Notes under the pieces: model-generated
Databases searched by the model: none
What the model was told of the DNA's origin: nothing
What the model saw: only the letters and a program-made list of their open reading frames with translations
Program-made: the position numbers and the translations under genes
Shown here: piece after piece, positions 12,180 to 25,560 of the stretch
Layout: every line of letters starts with the position of its first letter
Position numbering within the stretch: the first letter of the stretch is position 1
Origin: Sphyrna mokarran
Lineage: Eukaryota
NCBI GenBank assembly: GCA_024679065.1
Contig: JAGIQG010000014.1
Coordinates: 44,888,001 to 44,952,000 of the forward strand
Length of the DNA: 64,000 nucleotides
Reading direction: 5' to 3'

Positions 12180-13075
12180 AGATGAAGGTTGTTGCCATGG
12201 AAAACCTTCTTCAGCCTGTAGACTATCAGCCAAAAGCTATCTTCCTGGATATTTTTGAGGAACAGTGCACAAGGAGGTTGTCAGTAATCTATATAAAACC
12301 TGTCACCTGCTGGTACAGGATACCATGCTGTGCCAGTTGCTGTCAAAATCATTACCATGTGTCATCAATTTTCTCCAGACTTCTGCAGGAGTCCTCTTAT
12401 ACATCTATCCATCCATAGCGCACGTTGGAATTAAGTGGATTACCAATGCCTTCCCTGCCAGGGTAAACCATTAAATTGATTCTTAATGATAACAGCATCC
12501 AGAATGAGAGAGATATTGGACTTGCAGCAACACCGACTCTCCTTTGGTTCAGAGGATGATAGAGGGCAGCACAGTGGCATAGCACTGCTGCCTCACCTTG
12601 CCAGAGACCAGGATTCAATCCTGGCCTCGGGTCACTGCTTATGTGGAGTGTGCATATTCTCCCCAGGTCTCCCCTCAGGTGCTCTAGTTTTTTCCCACAG
12701 TCCAAAAATGTGCAGGTTGAGTGGTTAAGCTATGGTAAATGCACGGGGTTACAGAGATAGGTTGTAAGCTGCTCTTTCAGAGAGTCGTTGCAGATTCAAT
12801 GGACCAGATGTCATTTAGGTGTTCTATGATTATGCTCTTCAGTGGATGAATGGTATACCAACAGGAAGGGTTTCAAATGCTGTGTTATCATCACAGAAGA
12901 ATAATGTTACGATTGCACCAGTTTTGGTGATAGTTGCCACAAAGCCTTCATTCTGCACTAATTAGTCATTTTCAGCCAATTCTTAGCTACTGATAAGTTT
13001 CCTTTGCCTCCACCATTGATGTAGCTGGTTTCCTCACTCCACAATCCCACACCCTTGAAGGACCAAGGCCATGCA
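12180..13075 (+). pseudogene. Very old Harbinger DDE transposase relic, interrupted by an HE1 SINE
   Basis: After the SINE one frame reads EWYTNRKGFKC...FGDSCHKAFILH...FLATDKFPLPPPLM, echoing the HARBI1-type motifs Y-x-NRKG, PGS-x-HD-x-x-IL and GD-x-GYPL..LM in order. Confidence 0.5.
12564..12830 (+). mobile_element. HE1-type V-SINE
   Basis: gggcagcacagtggcatagcactgctgcctcac...ggattcaatcctggcctcgggtcactg...cacagtccaaaaatgtgcaggtt...ttctatgat. Confidence 0.9.
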
Positions 13076-13624
13076 ATTGATATGAATATAATATATAGTG
13101 TTTTTTTATATTTAAGGAGAATGTCTAAAAGTTCAGCTTTATGCTGTAGGTAGTCGGTATGTCTGATGGGATTGCAACTCAGACTCTGGGAGATGAGAAT
13201 AATTATTAATTTTCGCTTTGTAAGCAGTTATGTTAATAATAGTTAATATGACTTTTTTAACTTAAATTTTGTTTGGATTCCAGATTAAAGTGATTGACAT
13301 GTAATGATGTGGTCTATGTGCAGTCTTGGGTTTGTAGCAGGGTAAAAAGAAACTGGCTTCTGCAGGAAACAATTTAATTTTCAACTGAAGCCTGGTTGAA
13401 GTTAGAAGGATTTTTCAGGTTTCTGGAACTCTATCTCTTTTTGAAATCTTCAAGACTGTCTGCAGTCATCATAGCAAGTATTTTATAGCTGCTAACTGTA
13501 TTAAAGTGGCATTCAAGCCTGTAAGAGGAATTCCTTATTTGAAACTGAAATAGTTATTTTTCTATTCCATATATTTCATTGAATGTCCAAATCCCTTTGA
13601 CTATCCATATTTAATAAATTATCT

Positions 13625-14990
13625 TATTTTAAAAAATCTCTTTTTCTAATCTCCCTACCAAAATGAATAACCATACATTTCCCTGCATTACATTCCATTT
13701 GCCACTTTCTTGTCCAATGTATTAATCTCTCAGTCTCTCTGTCAGCAAGATTTTATGTCTTCACTTGCCCTGAAACCTTAAAATCCGACCTGAGGTCAAC
13801 AGACCTTTCCATTGTCTATCCATAGCATGCTCTGATTACTGTGGCTAGCATGGCAGTAAAATTTTGGCATATATCTCTTTGCAGATTTGTTGCATCCACC
13901 TCAAAGATTGCTGTCCTACCTAAATTTGTATCAACAGTAAATTTGGATACATTATACTCAGTCCCTTCATACAACAGGTTTACTAAGATGCTTCTGGGGC
14001 TCAATGGTTTAAGTTATAAGAAGAGGCTGGATAGACTGGGATATTTTTCTCTGAAGCATAGGAGGCTAAGAGGTGACCTTACAGAGGTCTATAAAGTAAT
14101 GATGCGCATAGATCTGTAGTCAACATCTTTTCCCAAAGATAGGGGAATCTAAAACTAGAAGATATAGATTTAAGGGGAGAGCTACGAAAGGATCCAGAGG
14201 GGCAATTTTTTTACACAGAAGTTGGTGAGTGTCTAGAACAAGTGGCCAGAGGTAGTAGTAGAGATAGTACAATTTAGTATTTTAAAAAACATTTAGACAG
14301 TCACATGAGTGAGATGGGTATGGAAGAATACCCATCAAATGCAGGCAATTGGGACTGGCTCAGTACTTTAAGAAAAGGGCAGCATGGACAAGTTGGGCCA
14401 AAGAGCCTGTTTCCATGTTCTACGACTCCAAGTCATTAATATAGGTTGTACAGAAAATACTGATCCTTGTGGCACACCAGTAATAATAATCTGCCAATCT
14501 GAAAAATAACTTGATTAATCCTGCTCTCTCCCCCTGTTCTCCCAATAATCTGCTATTGAGGGAAATGTGTTATTTACAACTCTACAAGCCTGTATCTTGT
14601 GCAACAGGAATTTGTAGCAACTTATTGAGAATCTTTTAGCAAAGCAAATACATTACTTTCTCTTTCCTTCTAGTTAAAAATACTTGGATTGATTCGTCAA
14701 AAGGGGGAATTTCCCTTTAATAAAGCTATGTTGACTCTGCCTGATATGTAATGATTTTCTAAGTGCCCTGTTAATACCTTTCTAAAAATGGATTGCAACA
14801 TTTTCCTGTCAATGCCAGACTAACTGGCCTGTAGCTCACTACTTTCTCTGCTAATCCTAACTCGAATAGCAATATTATATTTTCTAGCTTCCAAACCAAT
14901 GGGAAATCCAAAATTGAGGGAATTTTGGAAGATTGTAGCCTAAGCATCAATCCCATTGATTTTTCCAGTATTTTTTTCATTAGAATGAAT
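13625..14990 (-). mobile_element. Old CR1 ORF2 fragment hosting two nested insertions
   Basis: Minus-strand ORFs ...VSKFTVDTNLGR...LQRDI and WKLENIILLF...SYRPVSL; interrupted by a MITE (~13743-13868) and a plus-strand CR1 piece (13971-14427). Confidence 0.75.
13971..14427 (+). mobile_element. CR1 3' fragment nested in an older CR1
   Basis: RFTKMLLGLNGLSYKKRLDRLGYFSLKHRRLRGDLTEVYK followed by tail gggccaaagagcctgtttccatgttctacgact. Confidence 0.85.
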
Positions 14991-16581
14991 TACATCAATT
15001 CTCTGCTTTCAGCACAAATTGGATCATAATGAAGGTAGCAAAGTACATGACAAGCCCCATAACTGCAAGTTACTGAGTTGCTTTGAAGAGATCACATTAG
15101 AAATCTTTGGTTATGAGAGTGAATGAGTGAATGTGAAACATGAGGTTCTTTTTCATTCTTCTCTCTCCTCATTTACTAAGACATTGGCAGAAACCCAAGT
15201 ATAAAAATATCAGACACAATATAATGCCACCTAAGCTTGAATGAACACCAATATTGTAACATATTTTTGTAGGAAGAACTGCCAGCTTTTAGCTTCAGCA
15301 GCAGAGGATAATCATGTGTCTCACTTGTGCATTTCATTAGGAAAGTACTTGGAAGAAGAAATAGGATATAATAGAATAAATGTGCATCGTATCTTATCAC
15401 AAAAGTGAATCACCAGAGGAAGAAATCCTAAATCTCAAATGTGTACCACAAAATGGAAAAATTGGCTGAACCATTTTTCCAATTTTGCCAAGAGAATTTA
15501 TTGGGAAAACTGCAGAGTAAATTAGCAGCTCAACAAAGAAAGGTCATTCATACTAGGTGAAATAGTGTAGGCAACATTGTTGGTGACAACATTTTGGGCC
15601 ATTTGATTGTATATCTGTTGAAAAAAGAGTTAGATGAATGGATAGCTCAGGCTGAAGTTGACTTGAATGAATGGATAGTGCTCTAATTTTTTGGCTCATA
15701 TTCTCTTCGTCAGTGTCTACACTGCACTTTGGTTTTGATTGTAGGGTGCTGTCAGATTGATCCTTTGTGGTTAGGCTGAGGTATATGAAAAAATTGTGCA
15801 ATATGCACATGATGATCACGCAGACACTGTCAAGATTTGTTACAATCTCTATAAAGACAAGTAACATTTAAAAAGAATTTCAAACTTCTAGCTATTAACA
15901 AAAAGAATTACATCATAAGATTTCACATATTAAATAAAATATTTTAATGTACAAGAGTTAAACAAAGCAAATACTACTAACCTAATACTCTATTTCATAA
16001 ACACATTCTTTAAGCCCAAAAATCTCACAGAACACTCCCTGTTTACTTTTATCGTCACTGAAAAGAAACTTAATAGTTTATAAGATCTTAAAAGTTTCTT
16101 CATTTCTCCTGGGATTAAACTAATGTGTGCCACAGCTTTCAGGAATTCACTTTGACTTTCTTCATTGTTTCCATTATTTTCCAAGTTAAGAATCTTCCTG
16201 GCTTTCTTCCAGCACCATTTGACTAGATGAACTCTCCAATTCCATTAATGCTTCACAATTGTGAATGAGCCCGCTCAAGCTACAACCTCACTGCATTCTT
16301 TCAGAGTAATATTATTTCAGAAAACTCTCTTTGTTTCTGATAATCCTTTGTTCTTGTTTTTAGCTGCTTTAAAACTTCTGGCAGATTTTTCCTGTGTCTG
16401 TCTCAAAGCAGCCCCAGGGCTGACTGCTGTTTCTGTGAGAAAGCACACTCTGATAAAACCTAAAACTAAAAGAAAAGTCATCTCTGCAATCTATCCCATG
16501 GCAATATGGAAGGCCTGGGATGTCCCAGATAAAGATTTGAATTAATTATTCCCAACCTTCACTTCATTCTTGAAAAACATG

Positions 16582-18578
16582 GAGGCAACTCTCTCATGCC
16601 AAGCAGGCTGAGAGACATCAGCAGCGTCAGTTTTGCGGGCTCCCTGCTGGCTGTCTGGGCCTTTGTGCATATCCCAGCCTAAGTTTTACAGTGTCAACCA
16701 ATCTGTGCTGGAAATCAGTGTGGCAGCGACTTGCATGCATTACCATAGATTTACATATGATTAACTAGTTCATGGCTGAATTCACCCTCCCCACACTAGT
16801 GTCTCCCCTCTCTCTGGTATGATGTCACGCTGGCAGGGTTTGCATCTGCTTGGTAGAAATCAAGACCCAGCATGAAGCATTAAACAGAAGTAAGGAGTTA
16901 AGTTTTGTGGGTCTGCAGCTTCCGGACTGCAGGGGAGTTTGGAGGCAGATCTAGGAAACTTTCTGCTTGATGTGGGGAAGTTCCTTAAGAGCTGGAAATG
17001 CTGTCCCCAGGCCCAGGGATGTTCCATGTTGTGTCTGTGGGTGGGGTGGATTCCTTTACTGAGTGCTGGTCAGGCTGCTGCCTGCAGCTATTGGACTGTT
17101 CCATTGTTTTGGTGTGGGGTATGGTAAGAGATTGCAGTGAGTGCCAGAGTTTTAAGGAGGAGGGGGAGTGGTGCTGGGATAGTTACAAGCAATGACATAT
17201 ATCTATCAATCTCTCTCTCTCTGTCTCTAACTCTCACTATGCCGAATGGATTTTGGACTCATTGATTTACAACTGACCATCATAGTGGTGGCTCAGGAGG
17301 AGGAGGAGGTGGCTCAGGAAGTGGTGGGAGAAGTTCAGTTATGGAGCAGCCAGTGGCAGGCCCTGGGGATGGAGGACAGGGGGCTACTGGTGATGCACAT
17401 GAAGTGGGAGAACAGTCTCTCAAAAGAATGGCCAGCAGAAGGAGGACGCAGAGACCAAGGCAATACAGGACCATGAGGTTCTTTAAGGGCCTGTCAAAAG
17501 CCATGTGCTGTCGCCAGCTCTGCCTGTCTAAGGATACGTTAGGGTACTTGTATGAGATTTCAGCTTACCTGACATTACAGGGGAGAGGAAGCTGAGAGTA
17601 GAAGTTAATGTGACAGCAGCACTCAATTTCTACACTACAGGGTCATTTCAGGCACTCAATGGGGTCATCAGTGGAAACTCACAGGCCTCTGTACACAGGT
17701 GTGTGCACCAGCTCACAGATGCCTGTATCTCCAGGCAGGTCCATACATCCATTTTGATGTTGACAGGTTCAGTTAGAGGCTGCAGGCTTGGATACCATTC
17801 CAGGGATGCCCAAAGTCCAGGTAAGTGATGGACTGGAAGGCCGTAAGACCAGCGATGTCTGGGGTCAGTGGGAGATGGGCAAGCCAGTGATATCCGGGGT
17901 CGGTGGGGTATGGAGAGGTGGGGCTTAATGTGCCTGAAATCCTGCAGCTCCGGTTTATACCTCCAACTGTGCATGCGCAGAAAAAAAAGATAGAATGCTG
18001 CTCCCCTGCCATATCCCTCCCGGGTTGAATAATGCCACCTCTTGGCCCCCACAGACATTGCTCCGTCCCCACAACATTATCCTCTTGTCCCTCCACACCC
18101 ACCACTCAAACCAACCACAGGGCCCTTCCCCCCTTCTCCCCTACTGATCTCAGGCAGGGTGGCATCACAAGGCCCCCCCTCACTCCACCAATCTCAAGCA
18201 GAGAGCCGTCGGACCCACCTTGCCCCCACCACCACTCCATTGACCTCAAGCAGAGAGCTGACGGATGTCCGACACTTACCTCTTCACTAACTGGAACGCC
18301 CAAATCAGATTTATATGGAGTATGTCAGTTTTGCACCGATTCTGGATGGTGAGGGCAGTGTTAAAGAGAGAAGTGCCGGTAAAGTCGGGTGTGCAATTGT
18401 TTAAGTTAAATTAAATACATGCCATTTCAGTTGCAGTCCCAATCGCGGAGGTTTTTGGGACTTGGTAAAGATTGAACTGGCCACAGATGCAGGCTCGGAT
18501 CGCGCTATTGCCTCATGTCCAACTTTACCAAGTTTTTGCGTCCAAAAACAGGCATAACACAATGGTAAAACTGGGCCC
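16582..18578 (+). mobile_element. Composite Harbinger relic with decayed transposase N-terminal half (~17246-17825)
   Basis: RQYRTMRFFKGLSKAMCCRQLCLSK then VTAALNFYTTGSFQ..GVISGNSQASVHRCVHQLTDA (HARBI1-like HTH region); right end ggtaaaactgggccc followed by tta. Confidence 0.75.
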
Positions 18579-21500
18579 TTAGAATTTTTTTGCGAGAATC
18601 AGCCTCATATGTATAATTTAAAATTCTAAATGAAACAGCTGTAGACATCCTATTTCCATCAAAAATCTCAGACAGGTAGCCTTTGTTCAATTTCCAACAG
18701 TTTCTATTATGACCTTATAAAATAAGCCTAAACTTAGGCCATCCTTTGATTTGCATCTCTTTAGGTCAGTTTACTAGCTGCTCAAACCAATTGTTTTAGA
18801 AAAGTCAATTCCCAAATCCAAAGTTGCACTCCTAAAACATATAAATCATAAAAAATTAGATATTCATAAAAAGGCTGCAACATAAAACATTCTCAATATG
18901 CCATGTCACCATTGATCACTGCCAAATGGGGACCTCCAGATATATTTGATGAGCTAACGGCAAGTACAAATAATCCAATTCTCGCGCCAGCTGATCCCCT
19001 GTATACCTGGCACTATTTACAGCATTAAAGTGATTTTTTTTTAAAAAAGCAAACTGCATCATTAATTTTAAATTTGAAATAAAGGGAAATAACTTTGCCC
19101 CTTTAAGGATACCTTTTCATGAACACATGCAGATGAGTGCCCTTTTCGAGTCTTTACATCATACGTTGACATATGCTGTGCACTTCAGAACAGAATCAGA
19201 ACATCCACCTGATGGTAACCACAGCCCGTAAGGTGTACAGCAGAATCAGGGTTGATCTTGTGTATGATACGGCCTCTGCCACAAGGTCTACAGACAAGCA
19301 GTATGTCACACCACTGAAAATGGAGCCAGGTAAGATTAGTTTTTGCTCGATTGTCAACAGACGTTTACCCATAAAATCATCACATGAATACTTGGTGACG
19401 CTTTAATAGTAAAACTACAACAGTATATTTGGCAACAACAGATCCAACAATATTTACTGTTATATATGAGACCCAACTCACTGAACCTAGGAATATTACC
19501 GTTTGCCACCTAACCAAATCCAATCCTTCGGGGCATAGTAGACTTTGGTCCCAGAAGTCAAGTTTTAGGTTCCTGCAAACATTTTCCTTATCATCTTCCA
19601 CCAGGTTTTTTTTTTGTTTTTATTCCAATTCAATCAAATCAAGTCCAATTCAGAGACTCAACAAATTGAGACATTCCCGATCCAAGCTGACAAGACAGGG
19701 CTCTTACCTCCTGTCTTGGGCTAGATCTACATGGTCCAAGCTGATTGGAGTTTGCATAGTTCCTCCTCCAAGGCTTGATCTCATTTGCATCTTGCCAAAA
19801 GGCCAAGATGCCTTTTTTAAAAATTGTCTCAAATGAAGCTAAAATGTAACCTAATGACTTCAACCAACACAGCATGTCGATACTACACTTGATCTTACCA
19901 AAAGGCCGAGAAGTACTGGCATTGTAACCTCCACAAATGTGATGGGACACCTACATCCATTTATTTCTTCACACAGAGCCTAATGCAATTTGGTCAATTC
20001 CACCACCTGAATGATGTGATCCACTACCTGAATAAAGATGAGTGAGATCATTATTGAAGATGGTAATGAGATGAGAAGTACTGTTACCCCAAATTTCCTA
20101 ATGATGGCTCGCAATGCCCTGCAGGTAAAATAGAATAAGAGCTATAAAGCACTGCTATTGAAAGGTTTGGCTGAGATAAGCGGAAGCAGAAAGCTTTTAA
20201 AAATGGATGCAAAAATATTGAGTGTTTGAAATGACTTCTTAGAGTAATGTTTTTGACCTACTGTCTACAAAGCTTTGGATTTGTTTTTGAATGCTACATC
20301 TCCAACATTGCACCAAATTAATCTAAAAGGGTGTATGCATAGATCATACATGTTAGCAGTGTACGTGTAGAGTCTCTTCAAAGGAAGATTCTTCTAATAC
20401 CAACCTTTTATCAAGTTATTGTTCTTGTTGTATACAAATAGTTGTGGAACTTGTTCTACCTGGACAACTAATGAAGATTGTTTTTTCAAGGCATAGCTGA
20501 GAAATGAATATTGGTCTCCAGTTTTTAGAAGCAAAATAAGTGGTTTGGAATTGTGACAAGATGGATTGAAGGAATAGAAAGGAAAATATGTCAGAATTTA
20601 ATTGTTTCTCAGTTCAGAAAAGAGGGAGGTCTTTCATTGGGAAATAGGAAAGCTGTCACAGGGGCTGACAGACAAGGATGGGAAAAGGGGTGAGTAAATT
20701 TCAGATTTGTAATTTACAGAGTATATTATTTGTGATTCCTTTTGTAGAATGACAATTGTTCATCTGAATTTTATTTTCATTAACCCATACTAATTGAGCT
20801 TGATGACAGAGATGCTATTGCCAGCAACATCCTCTTCACACAATCTGTTCTCTTAGGTAAGAGAAATTTGTTTTCACTTTCTAATTTATCATTATCATTT
20901 GACCATAAATTAAAAAATAAAAATAAATGGATCTTGCATAAAGTAATAATTGTTTCCTAATTACACTATACATTGAATATTAAAAAGCTGTACAGTGCAA
21001 TTAGAGTAAAAATATTTTATATTGATTAGAAATTATGAAGCGTAATTATTTTTGACAATAGAGGCATTATGAGAATGAATTATCAAAAGCAGTATTGGGG
21101 TAAGATTTGATTGTGAATGTTATTCAAAAGCCTGGAACATGAACGCTAAGAATCATGTAATATTTCACCCACAGAGGAGGTTATGATGGTACATAACTGT
21201 AATATTAATTGAAGTCATCACTATGAATCTTTGTATTACATTAATAAAAAATTATATTCAATGGTCAAGTGAGTCAATGTACTATTTTAGCCTGAGCTAC
21301 GGGGAGAATTTAAACCAGAGAGCAGGGCGCAGCTAAAATGGAGCAGAGAAACTTGTCGACAAGGCCACGTCCTTGTTTAAATATGTAAATCAGGTCTCGA
21401 TCTGGTGGTTTTATAATTGGCTTCTGCATTCTTGAGCAAAGGAAGGTAAAGAAAATAACCTAGGGATCCTTGTTCCCTGCAGGAAGGCACTTGTGTAGAT

Positions 21501-22379
21501 ATCAGGTGATGTTGCTATCTGTCTCCCGAGGCAAGTAGCCTGCTGACATTTATTGCCCAGGCTTACATCAGAATTAATATTTGGGTTAATTGGGTGGAGG
21601 GTTGCCAGCACTTGTGAAACTATAATCAGCAGCTTCAGGAGAGATGAGCAGAGAAAATAGGGGAAAAGTGACATGATCAAAAAACACTTTAAGAAAAGGT
21701 TATCTTGTGACAGACAAAATGCCTACTATAGTGTGAATTGGCTGCTGCTGCTAATGTAAACTTCTTTCTCTTTATACAAGTGCAGCCAAGAGCAAAAATA
21801 AACAGCTGCACTCATAAATATAAATGGCCCAATTTACCTTATTCTAATGGCAGTTGTGAACCGCGTGTTCATGGAATTTGTGAGCTGTTACCAGATTTAT
21901 CTGCTCAGCTTTAGGCCTTGTGTGTGCATACAGTTGATATCACAATGCCAATGGTATCACATCAGCAGCATCAAAGCTTCTTGATTAAAATACTTGGATT
22001 GAAACAGGCAGCCACGATGCTGTAATTATGTTGCATGCAGGTGTAGGGCAGGTGTTTTTGTATTCCAAATTGATGCCTTGTGGAGAGTGATGATGCCAGG
22101 TTTGAAAATAAACAGGGGGAAATGGCACTGGTGCTTTGGTATAGATTTATAGCTCCACACTCCCAAAACCTGGCAGAAAGGAATAACTGTCGGTAGTGTT
22201 GTGTCGGCAGGGCTTTCTGAGTAAGTAGTTTCAAGAAGTGATTTTATTCAGACGCCCTAAAAGCATTGATAACATTCCTTAATCACAGCCAAGTTCCTTT
22301 GCGCAGTTGTTCGTAATATACAGCAAACATTTTGCCATGTCCCATCCTTTTTATATCTTTGAGTGTTTTGTTTTAACGT

Positions 22380-23336
22380 TGGATATTTCAAAAGAGGTCC
22401 AGTGCCAGAGAAGACTGCATCTGTCCCTCGGGAATGGTGACTACCTGTGCTCGATGATGTAAGAGTTGGCACCACATGGACTGGGAGGTCACCCATTATC
22501 TGTGACCTTGAAAGTCACTGCTGCTCTGAATGTCAATGTCAGCAACTCATTTCAGGGCTGCATGACTGAATTGTGCAGCATCTCCCAGTCTGTCATGCAC
22601 AAGTGCATAAGAGAGATCGCAGATGTGCTAATTCCAAAGACCTCCATGTACATTAACTTGAATTGGGACCAGGCAACCAGGACACTGGGCTTTGCTCACA
22701 TAGCAGGCAAGCCCCAGGCACAGGGTGTCATTGCCTGCACTCATGTGGCTCCTCATGGTGGCATGGGATACCATTTGTGAACCACAAAAGATACATTCCC
22801 TCAATATCCAAATTGTCTGAGACCACACAATGGTGGTACCAGGGAATGTCCATGGCAGTTACATCTTGTTTGCTCACAGATCTCAGCTATAAAGAGATAA
22901 AGATTACACTTTATCTCAGAGATAAAGTGTAATCACTCAGGAGGTGGCTGATGATGTCAATGTGAAGGCCACAAACACTTACTGAGACTCGCTACAACAA
23001 GGTTCATGCGTCAATGCATGTGCTGTCTGATCAGGAAATAGGCCAGCTCAAGGTGCAGTTCCAGTTCCAGTGCCTGGGCCGGACAGGGAAATTTTCCAAT
23101 ACAGCCCAAGATGGTATCCTGTTTCATTGTGGTTGGCTGTGTTCCACACAATCTGGCACTGCAGTGGAATAAGCAGCTGGAACAGGGGGGGATGGGGGAG
23201 TGCCACATTCCCTCATATTAGGAGGGTGGTGAGGGCAACAGATGGAGGAAGGACCTTGGGTGATGACCAGGCCTGCAGGGGTTGCAGAGCTAGAGATGCC
23301 CTTATAGCCTCTCGGTTTGGGGATGACCACGACTAG
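22380..23336 (+). pseudogene. Harbinger DDE transposase pseudogene (HARBI1-like)
   Basis: LSVTLKVTAALN...SFQ...ISQSVMHKCIRE...GFAHIAGKPQAQGVIACTHVA; FVNHK; LRDK...WLM...PQTLTETRYNKVH; FQYSP; ARDALIASRF. Frameshifts and stops present; the first catalytic D of GxIDCTH reads A. Confidence 0.85.
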
Positions 23337-24059
23337 TGAGTCTCTTCGCATTGCTGTGCCTGTGGGAGGTCTTTGTGATATTCACGGGCAGGGCCCTAAA
23401 GCAATTGGCTGAATGCTGCAGGAGAATGATGATGACTTGCAGCAATGATCCCCTTGTCCTCTGTGATTGTCTGGGTCCTGTCTGACAGAGAGTTGAGCAT
23501 GAACTACTACTGAGCAGTGATCTAGAGACTCAGAGATGTTAAATGACACATTTCAGCTGCTACTGCCTTCCCCAAGATTAGGGGCCCTGGTATTTCTCTT
23601 CACTTACTGATGAGGTGGACAGACTCTCACATTTTCAGTTCTTGGTATGGTCATAAGTAGAGAACGCTGGCAGACATGTGAGGCCTGAGAATGGTTGGGG
23701 TAGGGGGTTGGTGAACACTCCACGGATGGGAGTTTGTGGGATGGAGCTATGGGGCCATAGCAGGAGTAGTGTGGATTTATTGTGTCATCAGTGTGGGATG
23801 CGGGTAAACATTGAGCTGCCATTCTCACACTGAGCAGGAATGAAGTGCCAAGTTTGCAATGGGGGTTTGAGGAGCATAGCACCATGACATGACATTGTGG
23901 AAAATCCGTCTTAATGAACGAAGTGATTTTTAATACAAGTGCATTATTACTGAGGTGACTTACTTCTCATGTGACCATTTGGTGCCTTACTCTTACTCTT
24001 CCTCACCCTCCCACCACATCTACGTGTATCCCCAAAATTGCACAGCTGATGTTGAAGTG

Positions 24060-25560
24060 GCCAGTTGACTTCCAGGCTCTGCTGCTGAAATTGTGACGGT
24101 GGGCATCCTTGCGGGAGGCTAGACTTTGAGGGTCGGGCCTATTTTCAGGCTGTACAAGTGTTGTAGTGCTTGGTGCGTAGGGATGGAGATGTGTTGCTCA
24201 CAGGAAAGGAGCTGTCAGATGGGCTGGACACCTCCAGGGTCTCCTGGGTGGAAAGCCCTGAGCTATACTCCTGCTGATCCTCTTCCCTTCTGGTGCCTGG
24301 GGCAACTGGAGTGAAGTCCCACCGTCCTCTGGTGCCGACACTTGTGGGTTCCCACGCAACTCATGCCCTCAGCTATGGAAGTCATCAGCTGAACCATGGC
24401 ACCGATAGCCTCCACCATAGAATACATGTCCTGTGTCAAGTTCTTCACTGTGGACAGCATCATCACAGTGTTGGCCTTGTTGTACTGACTTGAAGGTGCT
24501 ATCTCCTCAGATAGACAGTGATAGGACTCCTCCAGTTAGCCTTGCAATCAAAGGAGGGATGTTGTCATCTCTTAATGATGCTTGCAACATTGCCTTGATA
24601 GCTCTAGGAGGTCTGGGATGACCAAACCGAAGATCATGTCTTCAATCTAGGGCCCAGTGGAGTCCTGGACTCTGGCATCCTTATCAGTGCTGGATCCCTG
24701 GGACGTTCCTTCCTCCTCCACCTGCTGTGGCCCTTCAGCTGTTAGATGCTCACCTTTGAATGACCCAAAAGCCTGCCTAGTGGTTAATCTTGGTGTGAGT
24801 ACTTGTGAAGGTGTGGGTGATAGCTGTGATGCCTCCTCAATGCATTTCTCCCTCAGACCTGCTCAGGGCTATGGTCTCCAGAGGGTGTGAGGATGGTCCA
24901 CGCTGGTCAATTGATTAACCTGCAATGGAAATAAAATGGCATTAGTACATCACAGGGGCAGACAGATAGGAGAAAGTTAACCCACATGAGGCTTCCATCA
25001 TGGCTGCATGTGGTGAGAGTTCTCATTTCTGTTTCTTGCCCCACCCTGCTGTCTGCACAGGTGTATGTCTGCTCTTCGCCAGTCAGCTCAAGGGCTCTCT
25101 CCTCAAAAAGATCTTCAGCTCAGGCATGATTCCAGCAGGCTGTGATGATTGCCTTTGGTTTGTCTTGCAATGAGGGAATGTAGGAGGGATTCCTGCTGGC
25201 TCAGATGATGATAAAGTCTGGCATGCAGAGGAAGTGAGTGGGAGAGAGGATGTGAGGAGCCTGTAGGATCCTATGAGTTGGCTGGGTGTGAGATCACCAT
25301 GGGGCTGTTAAGGGTTGCAACAGGAAATGTGAGGGAGATGATGTACTCTGGCTGTAAGGAGAAAGTATTTTACCTTCATTCAGCACTGTAGCCCTATTCT
25401 CTTATGGAGCCAGCTGGCACTCCTCGCCATGGCCTCTTTGGCAGGAAGTGACGTTGTTTGATGAATGTCTGGTTGATTGTGGGTTGAAGATGTCATGCTT
25501 CTGTTCAACACCATCCAGAATATTATTGTCTTCCTGGTAGCCATTACCCTGACTGGCCTT
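24060..25560 (-). pseudogene. Harbinger Myb/SANT-like accessory gene pseudogene, intron-containing
   Basis: Minus strand ...KRIGLQC*MKVKYFLLTAR|gt (~25345), then FEERALELTGEE...CADS (~25165-25020), then acceptor ttttatttccattgcag at ~24920. Confidence 0.55.

Noticed and set aside
16200-16459. RhoGEF DH-domain resemblance
   Set aside because: The diagnostic P-x-QR-x-x-x-Y-x-LLL motif is absent in all three frames.
16280-19313. In-frame TGA codons as selenocysteine
   Set aside because: Frames also contain TAG/TAA stops or have no protein identity, and no SECIS was recognised; chance or CGA>TGA decay is simpler.
19113-19313. KDZ-type transposase resemblance (LLVCRPCG...QV...YD...GH..C)
   Set aside because: Motif spacing does not fit what I recall of the family and there is an internal stop; would need an HMM hit.
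19395-19890. Possible LTR fragment (also ~13095-13560)
   Set aside because: Composition is LTR-like, but I could not define ends, TSDs or a partner copy in the window.
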